From NCBI RefSeq assembly GCF_006345805.1, contig NC_042999.1, forward strand, positions 22,506,001-22,570,000: 64,000 nt of DNA, read 5' to 3'. Of the stretch, positions 36,509-48,900 are shown piece by piece. The notes below the pieces were generated by a model that worked only from the letters and a program-made list of their open reading frames with translations, ran no database searches and was not told the origin of the DNA. Position 1 is the stretch's first letter. Each line of letters starts with the position of its first letter. Made by a program: the position numbers and the translations under genes. This DNA is from Octopus sinensis. Taxonomy: Eukaryota.

Positions 36509-36847
36509 TAATGAGAATATATGGCAGGTATAGCTATTCCCTGTCGAGGGCAATAGTAGAGGATTCTCCGTACAGTCTGTATGGAGAATGAATGTTAACG
36601 GCCCCCAGAATTTCATGAATAGAGTGGAAGACAGCTGGTCGTACGAAGACGGGGATCACTAAAAAAGGCCCCTAAAAAAGGAATTCTGCCGGAAGCTTGT
36701 AGGAGTAAATGGGTAGTGATTTGAACACCATTACCTGAACCGCTAACGGATGGATGGATGGATGGATGGATGGATGATACGGTTTAGGATCGAAACATAC
36801 CCAATGAATGTTGGATACCGTCTGATAAACTTAAGTAGAAGTTGGTG

Positions 36848-37277
36848 CTTTACTCTTTCACTCTTTTACTTGTTTCAGTCATGTGACTGTGGCCATGCTG
36901 GAGCACCGCCTTTTAGTCGAGCAAATCGACCCCCGAACTTATTCTGTGGAGGCCTAGTACTTATTCTGTCGGTCTCTTTTGCCGAACCGCTAAGTTACGG
37001 GGACGTAAACGCACCAGCATCTGTTGTCAAGCGATGTTGGGAGTCAAACACAGACACACCAACATACACACATACACACACACAACACACACACAATATA
37101 TACATATACACGACGGGCTTCTTTCAGTTTCCGTCTGCCAAATCCACTCACAAGGCTTTGGTCGGCCCGAGAGGCTATAATAGAAGACACTCGCCCAAGG
37201 TGCCACGCAGTGGGAATGAACCCAGAACCATGTGGTTGGTAAGCCAGCTACTTACCACACAGCCACTCCTACGCCTT
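36848..37277 (-). mobile_element. SINE family A, full length
   Basis: Complete match. Confidence 0.9.
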
Positions 37278-37363
37278 TGTTCCCAAAAATTAAAGAAAAG
37301 CATTTTGTTTAAATGTAATCGTTTTCTTAAGCTGGCAAACGTCTTTAGGGCAACAGGTAAGAT

Positions 37364-38259
37364 CCCGGCGGTGCCGGTGTAGTATGTGATCTACAGCAAC
37401 TTAAATCTAGACAAGCGTGTGATCTACATAAAATTTTGTTCTAAATTTGCAATTATAATTTAAGGAGTGAGTTAGACATTTACAAAATAAAAGAAAAGGA
37501 AAATTTTTTATTGGTTTTTATTTCATACCAGAAACATAAATACTGTGACAATTTGTATGCAGCACGGATATCATTTAAAAATGCAATAAATAGATTTTGC
37601 TCAATTATTCTTAAAATCTTCCAACAAAAGTGTTTAAATCCTAAAAGTTTTTTTTTTGGTTTATATACCAAAACCAACCAGAAGTCGAGTAAATAGATGA
37701 ATTTTAAATGTAGATCAAAAAGTCGGTGTAGATCACAAACTATATATTTCTTTACTACTCACAAGGGGCTTAACATAGAGGGGACAAACAAGGACAGACA
37801 AACGGATTAAGTCGATTACATCGATCCCAGTGCGAAACTGGTACTTTATTTATCGACCCGGAAAAGATGAAGGGCAAAGTCGACCTCGGCGGAATTTGAA
37901 CTCAGAACGTAACGGCAGACGAAATACCTATTTCTTTACTACCCACAAGGGGCTAAACACAGAGAGGACAAACAAGGACAGACAAACGGATTAAGTCGAT
38001 TACATCGACCCCAGTGCGTACCTGGTACTTTGTTAATCGACCCCGAAAGGATGAAAAGCAAAGTCGACCTCGACAGAATTTGAACTCAGAACGTAACGGC
38101 AGACGAAATACGGCTACGCATTTCGCCCGGCGTGCTTACGTTTCTGCCAGCTCGCCGTCCTGGTGTAGATCACATGCTATACCATTTGAATTAATGTAGA
38201 TCATAAGCTATACCAGGAACATGCATGTAGATCACATACTATACCGGCACCCTCCCGGC
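37364..38259. mobile_element. TIR DNA element with TGTAGATCA subterminal repeats, carrying a SINE-B dimer (37745-38160)
   Basis: Left CCCGGCGGTGCCGGTGTAGTATGTGATCTACA and right TGTAGATCACATACTATACCGGCACCCTCCCGG, with about seven (T)GTAGATCA motifs. Confidence 0.65.
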
Positions 38260-38771
38260 AATGGCTGAAGGGCGAAGTAGTTTGAGCGCTGCTTGAGCTT
38301 ATTTCAATGCATTTACCTTCCAACCATTTTTTGATAAAACATAAACACCACAGCATCACATCACCCGTCTCTTATAAACAAAAATTTCGCTTGTTTATAA
38401 GAAAAATATATTCCTGCATGTCGAGTGTTACCATTTAATCAATGTCCTATCGTGGCCATTCAACCTTTTTCACTGACTTATTATATTCAGTAGTGGTTTA
38501 ACATTTCTGAAACGGTAGCCGAAATTTTGGAAATTATAGGAGGGGATGTTGACGAAATTTTTTTTTTAATTTCACTATTGTTTTAAATTTACATTTCATC
38601 TTCCACTTAATTTTAAAGGAAGTGAGGATTGTAATGATGATCGATGATTTCCAAGATAATTTTTTTAACCTTTAAGGCTTCTTCCATTGTTTTTTAAGTG
38701 CGTAATGCAAAAAAAAAATTGGACAAAATTGGTCCATAATGTAGGAGGAAGATAAACACATTTTCAGTTTA

Positions 38772-38857
<86 letters not shown>

Positions 38858-39427
38858 CCTTGCCTTCGATAAGTGGAGTAGTTGAAACAGGAACAACTGA
38901 AGAAGGGGAATATTCTTTATGTTGTATGTCTCGTTTCTCTGTTTGTTTGTTGTTTTTTTTCGTTGTTCGAAAAAAAGTTCGTTTTTATGTTTTTGTTTTT
39001 ATGTTTTCGTTTCTCATTGTGTTCAAGGTTTTTTTTTGTCTTTTTGATGTCTTGTACCTATATATGCATGTGTATGTACATATATATGTAGGTATGTACA
39101 TATATGTATGTATATATGCATATATTTATATATTATTTATATTATTATATAAAAAAAACTCCCCCACCTCCGATCATTTGCAGGGTTGTAATGAAAAAAA
39201 AAATTCAAAAAGTTTCCGTCAAAATTGAGAAAATCCAGCTTATTGTGTGTGCCATTACGAAAGTCAGCTAAGCCATTCAATTATGAAATTCCCGGTAAGG
39301 ACGGGATACTCAGCATATATATCGTGAAATGAATGTGGCTAACCCTTAATGGTTGATGTTATTGTAGCTTGTAGACCCAGGAAGACATCGCTCAGAGATT
39401 TATTATTATAATTATTATTATTATATA

Positions 39428-39735
39428 TCACGTGATCACGTGACCGACCAGGCTAACAGATGTTGCTACACATCGCTGGTCACAATGCGCTTCGCATTGT
39501 TTAAGCCTTCAAATGACGCCACCCCGCTGGCTAAGCGAGCAGGCCAACAGAAGAAAGAGTGAGAGAAAGTTGCGGTGAAATAGTACAGCAGGGATCGACA
39601 CCACCCCTTACCTGAACTTCGTGGAGCTTTAGATGTTTTTGCTCAATAAACACTCACAACGCCCGGTCTGAGAATCGAAACCGCGATCCTACGACCGCGA
39701 GTCCGCTGCCTTAACCACTGGGCCATTGGGCCTCC
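39428..39735 (-). mobile_element. SINE family C
   Basis: Head GGAGGCCCAATGGCCCAGTGGTTAAGGCAGCGGACTCG and a tail ending CACGTGATCACGTGAT. Confidence 0.85.
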
Positions 39736-40064
39736 ACATTAGAGAGAGAGTGTGCGTGTGTGAGAGAGAGAAAGAGACAGACAGACAGAGTAAGAGAGAG
39801 AGAGAGAGAATTAATCTTTTCTATTATAGTCACTAAGCCAGAAGATAAGTCGACTTCGAAAGGATAAAAGGTAAAGTCGACATTGTTGGAATTTGAACTT
39901 AAAACATAAACACTGACAAAATGCCAAGAAACGTTTTTACATGGAGGTGTTACTGAGACCGCCAGCTCATCACTTTGGATTTTGTTTTAATATTTAATAT
40001 AATGTTAAGGCGACTAGCTGGTAGAAGCGTTAGCACGCCTGTCAAATGGCTTATCAGCATTTCA

Positions 40065-40314
40065 TCTCTTTACTCTTTAATCTTTTACTTGTTTCGGTCA
40101 TTTGACTGTGGCCATGCTGGAGCACCACCTTTAGTCGAGCAAATCGATCCCAGGACTTATACTTTGTAAGCCTTATTACTTATTCTATTGGAGTCTTTTG
40201 CCGAACCGCTAAGTTACGGGGGACGTAACACACCAGCATCGATTGTCAAGCTATGTTGAGGGGACAAACACAGACACATAAACACACACACACACACACC
40301 CACACACAACACAC

Positions 40315-40384
<70 letters not shown>

Positions 40385-40540
40385 GACGGGCTTCTTTCAG
40401 TTTCCGTCTACCAAATCCACTCACAAGGCTTTGGTCGGCCCGAGCTATAGTAGAAGACACTCGCCCAAGGTTCCATGCAGTGGGACTGAACTCAGAACCA
40501 TGTAGTTCGTAAGTAAGCTACTTACCACACAGCCACGTAC
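40065..40540 (-). mobile_element. SINE family A
   Basis: Near-complete. Confidence 0.88.
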
Positions 40541-40849
40541 ATTCTCCTACGTACATTCTCAGTTCAAATTCCGCCGAGGTCAACTTTGCTTTTCAATCCT
40601 TTCGGGGGGTCAATAAAATAAAGTACCAGTGGAACAGTGGGGGCGATGCAATCGACTTACCCCTTCTCCAAAATTGAGGGCCTTGTACTAAAATTTTAAA
40701 TCAGTGTTATATAATCCGTCTTGCTATAGGTTCAATGCACAAAATTCTGGTGTACGGGGCTATGTGGGTGGTTAAATAGTAACGATAAATACAAGTCTTC
40801 TCAAAAACATACATGTAAATTGCTTTATACAGGCTCCGTTTTCATGTAC

Positions 40850-40921
40850 TCCTCGGTAGTATAGTGGTAAGTATCCCCGCCTGTCACGCGGGAGACCGGG
40901 GTTCGATTCCCCGCCGGGGAG
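40850..40921 (+). tRNA. trnD-GTC: tRNA-Asp (GTC), copy 1
   Basis: TCCTCGGTAGTATAGTGGTAAGTATCCCCGCCTGTCACGCGGGAGACCGGGGTTCGATTCCCCGCCGGGGAG folds as a full 72-nt cloverleaf with G73, and a T-run terminator follows. Confidence 0.97.
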
Positions 40922-41332
40922 GCTCTTTTTTTCTTTTTTTTAAGGCAGTGTTCCAGCATGGCCGCTGTCCTACGACTGAAACCATTAAAAGGATAAAAGA
41001 ATGATGTGAAGGTATGCAAGTGTGTGTATATATATATATATATGTGTGTGTGTGCATGTATAGTATTGTATATATATATATATATATATATATTTTACTT
41101 GTTTCAGTCATTTGACTGCGACCATGCTGGAGCACCGCCTTTAATCGAGCAACTCGACCCCGGGACTTATTCTTTGTAAGCCCATTACTTATTCTATCGG
41201 TCTCTTTTGCCAAACCGCTAAGTGACGGGGACATAAACACACCAGCATCGGTTGTCAAGCAATGCTAGGGGGAAAAACACAGACACACAAAATACACACA
41301 TACACATACATACATATATACGACTATATATT

Positions 41333-41365
<33 letters not shown>

Positions 41366-41678
41366 ATATATATATATATATAAAATAGTATATATATATA
41401 TATATTATATATATATATATTATTTAATCAATAATTTACTTTACTGATGAATCTGTTGGCCTATGGAGGATTAGTTGATTTAATTTAATCAGACTGATTT
41501 ACCATTAAAAAATAGATGAAACGATGCATTGTATAAAGTATAACAGGGTAAATGTTTTTTAAATTTTCTCCTTGTTTACGGAATTAATACTTTTTTGCGG
41601 TTGAAGCCTTAGCTGCTATTTTTAGTGGGTTGAACGGCCTATTATGGCCGTTCCTTAATTTTGCTGCTGCTATATATA

Positions 41679-41722
<44 letters not shown>

Positions 41723-42652
41723 ATATATATATATATTATATATATTATTATATATATATATATAGTATATTTGTTTTTATATCGAATAATGATAAAATCA
41801 ATTTTACATTAAACTTAAGGATTATTCAATACTTTTTGCGGAGAACACATTTATTCTTTTACAAAAACTGTGTTGAAAGTGACCTCGAAGTTTCGACTCA
41901 TTTAATTTTCATTGCGCTATCCGAATATGGCTAAGGCGACCGACGCTTTGAAGTCACTACCACACTATTCTTGTGAAGGAATTATTTTAAATGGCGGTGC
42001 CCCAGCATGGCCACAGCTCGTGACCTGAAACTAGATGAAAAATATTAAAATATAAAAATATAAAGGAAAAGAAAAAAACAGAAGAAATAATAAAGACGAC
42101 CTTGAATGAGTTTGAACCCACGATTTCAAAACTGATACACCGTCGAAAGTATGGATGCCCAGTGGAGTAACAATTCTGCCAACTAGCCACTGACGTAGGT
42201 TTTATTATGTAATAATATAATATATTGTTTCAGTTGTTTTCGCAACGTCTCGTCTTAACTTTCTCTGTTAAGACCAAACTGAACGGTATTGTAAGCTGGC
42301 GTTCGGCAACTCCAGCGGTTTATTTCTGGCGATGAGAATATTATTTGGCGTCAGTAGAGAAAAAAATATATATATTCGTTTATTTGTTGATTTATTTCAG
42401 TTTATTTCTCCTTCGAAGACAGTTGCTTCATCTTCGTTGGCTTGACGCCAACTTACCAAGAATAGATGAAAGATGTAGATAGGTAGGTAAGTAGGTAGGA
42501 AGGAAGGAGAGCCAGTGGGGGCCGGCCTGGTTGGCTGGCTAGCTGGTTGGTTTGTTGGTTAGCTGTGTGGGTGGTTAAATAGTAACGATAAATACACGCC
42601 CGCTCGAAAACATACATCTAAAGTTCTTTACACATGCGCTACTTTCATGTAA

Positions 42653-42724
42653 TCCTCGGTAGTATAGTGGTAAGTATCCCCGCCTGTCACGCGGGAGACC
42701 GGGGTTCGATTCCCCGCCGGGGAG
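42653..42724 (+). tRNA. trnD-GTC: tRNA-Asp (GTC), copy 2
   Basis: Identical 72-nt sequence with an oligo-T downstream. Confidence 0.97.
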
Positions 42725-43054
42725 GCTCTTGCTTTTTCTTCTTTTTTTTTAAGGCCGTGCTCTAGCATGACCACTGTTCTACGAATGAAACAAATAAAAG
42801 AGTATGTGGTGTATATATATATATATATATATATATGCGTATGTGTGTGTGCATATATGCTTTTATTCTTTTCAGTCATTTGACTGCGGCCATGCTGGAG
42901 CACCGCCTTTAGTCGAGCAAATCAACCCCAGGACTTATTCTTTGTAAGCTTAGTACTTATTCTATCGTTCTATTTTGCCGAACCGCTAATTTACAGGGAC
43001 GTAAACACGCCAGCATCGGTTGTCAAGCAATGGTGGGAACACACACACACATAC

Positions 43055-43098
<44 letters not shown>

Positions 43099-43210
43099 CA
43101 CATACACACTTGCAAACGTACACTCCATTCTTTTACTCTTATTTGTTTCATTCGTAGAAAAGTGGTCATGCTGGAGCACTGCCTTAAAAAAAAAAGAAAA
43201 AATAGTGAGC

Positions 43211-43282
43211 CTCCCCGGCGGGGAATCGAACCCCGGTCTCCCGCGTGACAGGCGGGGATACTTACCACTATACTACCGAGGA
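43211..43282 (-). tRNA. trnD-GTC: tRNA-Asp (GTC), copy 3, inverted
   Basis: Reverse complement of the same 72 nt, with an oligo-T downstream on the minus strand. Confidence 0.97.
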
Positions 43283-43742
43283 GTACATGAAAGCGGAGCA
43301 TGTGTAAAGAACTTTAGATGTAATGTGTAGTGACAGCAGTCCGGTTAGTTTCGTTGTGGAAATTTAGCGCACCGATTGTTATTCGCCTGTCTCGCTGACA
43401 AAGTGATCGCAGTTTGTGGCCTGCATCGTTTGCCCACGATTCTGATTTCCTTTCTTTAAAATTCTTCCTCTATTCGTGTACAATGCTCTTGTCAAGGATA
43501 TCATATCCATAAACAATCTTACGAGCGCCAGGTCAAAGGTTCGATTCTTGAGCAAAACACTTCATTTCACGTTGCTCCACTCCAATCACCTGTAAATGGG
43601 TGACCCTGTAATGGAATGGCTTTCGGGTCAGGGGTAACGTTGGCCTGCTTGCCTAACCAGCGGGGGTGACGTTATTTGAAAGTTTAAACAAAGCAAAGCG
43701 CATTGTAACTAGCGATGTATAACAACATCCGATAGTCTAGTC

Positions 43743-44069
43743 CACCGTTTTTCAAACTTCTTTGTCGCGACCCATTTTTTTTTTTTATCTCGCGACCCAC
43801 TGAAGAGACGGGACCCACAGTTTGAATAACGCTGGTTTATATTCTGTATTTTACTCTCACTTGCGTTTTTTCTGTCTTTCTTCCTTTCTTTTTTGGTCGC
43901 GATCCATTATAGTTTTGGGACCCACAGTTTGAAAAATACTGGTTTATATTCTGCATGTTGCACCCACTTGCATTTTTCTTTCCCCCCCCCCCTTCTTTTT
44001 TGTCAGGACCCATTTTATTTTCCCGCGCGACCCACAAAAGGGTCGGGATCCATAGTTTGAAAAACGCTG
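43743..44069. mobile_element. hAT (Charlie-like) MITE with a triplicated right end
   Basis: TIR CACCGTTTTTCAAACT / AGTTTGAAAAACGCTG, an 8-bp TSD GTCTAGTC / GTCTACTC, and CGCGACCCA subterminal motifs. Confidence 0.8.
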
Positions 44070-44353
44070 GTCTACTCGATATTGTGATACGGTGAAACAA
44101 CCTCTAGCCTTCGGTCGATACCTACCTGTACCCTTCCTTCATCGAGAACTCAATGACGTCACGTTGCTTCCACTTGGCTCTTATTGGTTTCCTGCAATGA
44201 AGAAGAAGAAGAAGAAGAAGAAGAAGAAGAAGAGTTATTACTTCGGAAATATTCCTCTCCTTTGTGCGAATGGAACGACCTATGTCCATTGATAAACAAA
44301 AATGCTATGTCAATAATAAATTTCTGAGCGAGGTATAAACAGTAGCAGCACGA

Positions 44354-44721
44354 CATTGTGAAGTATATTTGCCATTTAAATGTGGCTAACCCTTAAGAGT
44401 GGATGCTACTGTAGCTTGTAACCCCAGGAGGACAATTCCTCCAACTGACTATTGGCACACTTTCTGCGCCCTATCAGTATTTGCAAAGGGAAGCCATCCT
44501 TCCCATCTTATCTGATGACGGGTCAATATCCAGAAACTCGAGTCTGTGTGTATCATGTCAGATTGAAGATGGGAAGGATGGCTTCCCTTTGCAAATACTG
44601 ACAGGGCACAGAAAGTGTGTCAATAGCCAGCTGGAGAAGATGTCCTCCTGGGGCTACAAGCTACAGTAGCATCCACCTTTAAGGGTTAGCCTCATTTAGA
44701 TGGCAAATATACTTCACAATG
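44354..44721. repeat. 368-bp inverted-repeat (hairpin) element
   Basis: Arms of about 160 bp, CATTGTGAAGTATATTTGCCA… / …TGGCAAATATACTTCACAATG. A partial copy of the left arm is at ~39330-39390. Confidence 0.9.
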
Positions 44722-44788
44722 CTATGTCCCTTTTGTATTAATTTCGATGCTACTCTCATTTGTGTGTGAGTGTGTGTGGGGGGGTGCT

Positions 44789-44824
<36 letters not shown>

Positions 44825-45197
44825 TGTGTGTGTGTGTGCGTGTGTGTATGTTTATTTGACTGTTTGATGTTTGGTGTCAATGGTCAGTGAACTCTTTTGA
44901 ATGTCCCCTATAACTTAAAACAAGTACGTTACGATTTTGATGGCTTTTTAATTACAATTCTGGTACCAGCATGTCAATAAATATCTCAAATTATTTGATG
45001 TCTATGTTGAACTATAAACTAGTTTAGATAAGTGAAATTAGATTTCCCCATTGTATATTTATGTGGTTTCCTTGTCAGTTAATTGCCTGTTTTAAATCAC
45101 ACTTTCTAATTCTTCCATAAATTCGAATGTAGAACTTAATGCATCACTGGCCTGGCAAATGTCAGATATGTGCAGATCGATGTTTACACTCTTACCT

Positions 45198-45282
45198 GTT
45201 TAAAATTTCACCAGATGATGGTATATTGTACATTATGATGTAGTCTTTTATGCTACCGAAACAGCTGTCGTAAATTTTAAAC
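45198..45282 (+). ncRNA. Type I hammerhead ribozyme-like motif (Penelope-type, minimal), U4A core change
   Basis: Stem I GTTTAAAATTT(C)AC / GTAAATTTTAAAC, core CAGATGA+T, stem II GGTA…TACC, then GAAA, C-AGCT-G (palindromic stem III) and a GUC site at 45267-45269. Confidence 0.65.
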
Positions 45283-45391
45283 GCCATTTCTATTCATATA
45301 TATATATATTTCCTGAGCGCCATACTAATACAATTGTTTGTTTGTATTCCACCTGCCTTCGTCTTTTGTCTATTTTCATAAAGCTTACCGT

Positions 45392-45432
<41 letters not shown>

Positions 45433-45480
45433 TATATTATATATATATATATATATATAGTAAAATATAATATGTGACAA

Positions 45481-45592
45481 TTATTCGGTAGCCCAGATAA
45501 AACTCTGAGTTTCGGATGCCGAGTGGTGGAAATCCACACCAACCACTCTTCAGTTATCCGAACTCAGAGTTTATATCTTGGCTACCGAATAA
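45481..45592. repeat. ~112-bp hairpin (MITE-like)
   Basis: TTATTCGGTAGCCCAGATAAAACTCTGAGTTTCGGAT … ATCCGAACTCAGAGTTTATATCTTGGCTACCGAATAA with an inner GAGTGGT/ACCACTC stem. Confidence 0.8.
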
Positions 45593-46479
45593 TATTATAT
45601 TTACAGATAAATTCCTCTATTTACATAATATTGAGGTCTCTTTCTTTCTTTTGTTAAATTACCAATATATATATATATATACATATACATACATGGTGTA
45701 ATGAGTAAATTGTCACCATTTTATATTTTTGATTTCGCGCATATGCATTGTTTGTTTTTGATTTTGTCGACTACACAGTATAGTAGGGTCAGTTGGACAC
45801 CGTCCGTGAGAAAAACAGCACGATGACGCGATTTACTCTGCCAGAAATTTGGAAATGACATGTACTGCTTGGCATTCGTATTACCGCATATTCCGCTCTA
45901 TATTCTGCTCACTACCTTATTCTTAGCCTCGATGCGGTTAGGTATGTACAAAGGAAATAGGTAGTTTTTCTTTCTCTTTGAAATGTGCACACAAGCACCA
46001 CCCAAAACCCAGTCTTCGGGGATACAACGCTTTTGAATGTAATGTTTGTATGTACGTCCTTACGTATGTATGCATGCATGCATATACAGTCAGGAACGTT
46101 TTTAGCAGCTTTCTAGGCCCCCCGGGAAAATCCCTGCAGTGAGTCGTATAGAATATTTTTTGATTGCACGCTACAATACGCATATATAACAATTACCAAC
46201 CCACCCACCTCAGCCCCAGATCCGTTAGAGGGCACCTAGTAGCAGGCCCAGTGTGCCCATGCTTTAAGACGGCTTTGTGTACAGTAATGTTGCTAGTGTG
46301 TGTGCCGCCTGGAGCAACTCTTGGATTTTCTGCCGTCTTTGGGTTCCCTTAAATCCCCCGCCACCAATCTCCACTGAGTTTGCTGCCTATACATGCTTAT
46401 ATAGCAGGCCCTAATGTGCCGCCCCATCATAAAAGGGTCGCCTGGAGACACCACCACAATCAACATAACATATTTTGTG

Positions 46480-46757
46480 TTTTTTACTTTTTTACTCTAT
46501 TACTTCTTTCGGTCATTTGACAGCGGCTATGCTGGAGCACCGCCTTTTTAGTAGAATAAATCAACCACAGAACTTATTCTTTGTAAGCCTAGTACTTATT
46601 CTATCGCTCTTTTACGCCGAACTGCTAAGTTACGGGGACGTAAACAAACCAACTTTGGTTGCCAAGCGATGGTGGGTGGACCAACACAGACACGCAAATA
46701 CATACATGCATACGTACGTACATACATACACACCATACATACATACATACATACATA

Positions 46758-46790
<33 letters not shown>

Positions 46791-46796
46791 TATAAT

Positions 46797-46838
<42 letters not shown>

Positions 46839-47031
46839 AAAGTGGATAAATTCAGTGAAATGAAAATTAAACAAACATTTACAAACTCGGTTCATCTTAT
46901 ACTGCAGTTTCGTCTTTTCAGCATTTAAATATAATTTATCTGCTCAGGTCAGATTCTTCAGTAAGCAACCTGTTATTCTAGAAGTGCATATCAATAGTGC
47001 TATATATTATATATATATATTTATATATATG

Positions 47032-47064
<33 letters not shown>

Positions 47065-47457
47065 GAGAGAGGAGAGAGAGAGGAGAAGAGAGCAATAAGA
47101 AAATGGAGGGGATCAATAGGTGGTTCACAACTTTTAGACATTATATTATGTTAACTTATTAATTTACTAAACTGACAATTACAATAATATACATACATGT
47201 ATAACATATTATGCTTTACATATAAGATATAAAATATAGTAATACATAAGGATACCAGTAATTATTATAAATAACAAACATGAATATATTCGACGGGCTT
47301 CTTTCAGTTTCTGTTTACCAAATCCACTCACAAGGCTTTGGTCGGCCCGAGGCTATTGTAGAAGTCACTTGCCCAAGGTGCCACACAGTGGGACTGAAAC
47401 CGAAACCATGTGGTTTGTAAGCAAGCTTCTTAACACACAGCCACTCCTGCGCCTTGT
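46480..47457 (-). mobile_element. SINE-A halves (3' half 46480-46790, 5' half 47290-47457) separated by ~500 bp of AT-rich/microsatellite DNA
   Basis: Complementary halves in the same orientation. Confidence 0.7.
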
Positions 47458-47599
47458 ATATTATTATGTATGTTATGCAGTTTGAAGAAAGGAAAAAAAA
47501 ATTCGAACGGATGAAACATATAATATGCAGGTGCACAAATCTAAATTCGTTTAGAATAGATAACAGACACAAACACACACGCACACACAAACACATACA

Positions 47600-47604
47600 T
47601 ACAC

Positions 47605-47684
<80 letters not shown>

Positions 47685-47771
47685 GGACGGACGGACGGAC
47701 GGACGGACGGACGGACAGACAGACAGACAGACAGACAGAAACGACAGACAGGAGACAGAAGACAGACAGAC

Positions 47772-47818
<47 letters not shown>

Positions 47819-47978
47819 GACAGAGATAGATAGAGAGATAGAGAGATAGATGGATGGACAGACGGACAGACGGACGGACAGACGGACGGACGGACGGACG
47901 GACAGACAGACAGACAGACAGACAGATAGACAGATAGATAGATAGACAGATAGATAGATAGATAGATAGATAGACAGA

Positions 47979-48011
<33 letters not shown>

Positions 48012-48024
48012 GGACAGACGGACG

Positions 48025-48055
<31 letters not shown>

Positions 48056-48112
48056 AGATAGAGAGATAGATAGAGAGATAGATGGATGGACAGACAGACA
48101 GACGGACGGACG

Positions 48113-48154
<42 letters not shown>

Positions 48155-48167
48155 TAGACAGACAGAC

Positions 48168-48250
<83 letters not shown>

Positions 48251-48265
48251 CAGATAGATAGATAA
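47600..48265. repeat. (GATA)/(GACA)/(GACG) compound satellite
   Basis: Seen directly. Confidence 0.95.
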
Positions 48266-48444
48266 TTGTGCCTACTACTTATAGAAAGTACATGATGGAA
48301 AATCTAATTAGCTGCGGTATTCCACCAGAGATCATTTATAGACGCACAATTTACCTTTGTAAGAAATACTATCTAAGGACGAATACCGAAATTAATTCAA
48401 TGATGTATCTGCTTTGGGTATGATACATAGAGTACTTTTGTAAA

Positions 48445-48900
48445 CTAGTAGCTTGCTTACCAACCACATGGTTCCGGGTTCAGTCCCACTGCGTGGCACC
48501 TTGGGCAAATGTCTTCTACTATAACCTCGGGCCGACCAAAGCCTTGTGAGACGGAAACTGAAAGAAACCCGTCGTATATATATATATATGTGTGTGTATA
48601 TATATGTGTGTGTGTGTGTATATGTGTGTACATGTATGTATGTATGTATGTATGTATGTATGTATGTATGTATGTATGGTGTGTTTGTGTGTGGGTGTCC
48701 TACCCAACATTGCTTGACAACCCATGCTGGTTTGTTTATGTCCCCGTAACTTAGCCGTTCGGCAAAAAAGACCGATAGAATAAGTACTAGGCTTACAAAG
48801 AATAAGTCCTGGGGTCGATTTGCTCGACTAAAAGGCGGTGCTCCAGCATGGCTACAGTCAAATGGCTGAAACAAGTAAAAGAGTAAATGAGTAAAAAGAG
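48445..48900 (+). mobile_element. SINE family A
   Basis: Near-complete. Confidence 0.88.

Noticed and set aside
45692-45890. Possible 5' end of a Tc1/mariner-like element (MTRFTLPEIWK*HVLLGIR)
   Set aside because: Too short and degenerate, and no partner TIR was seen.
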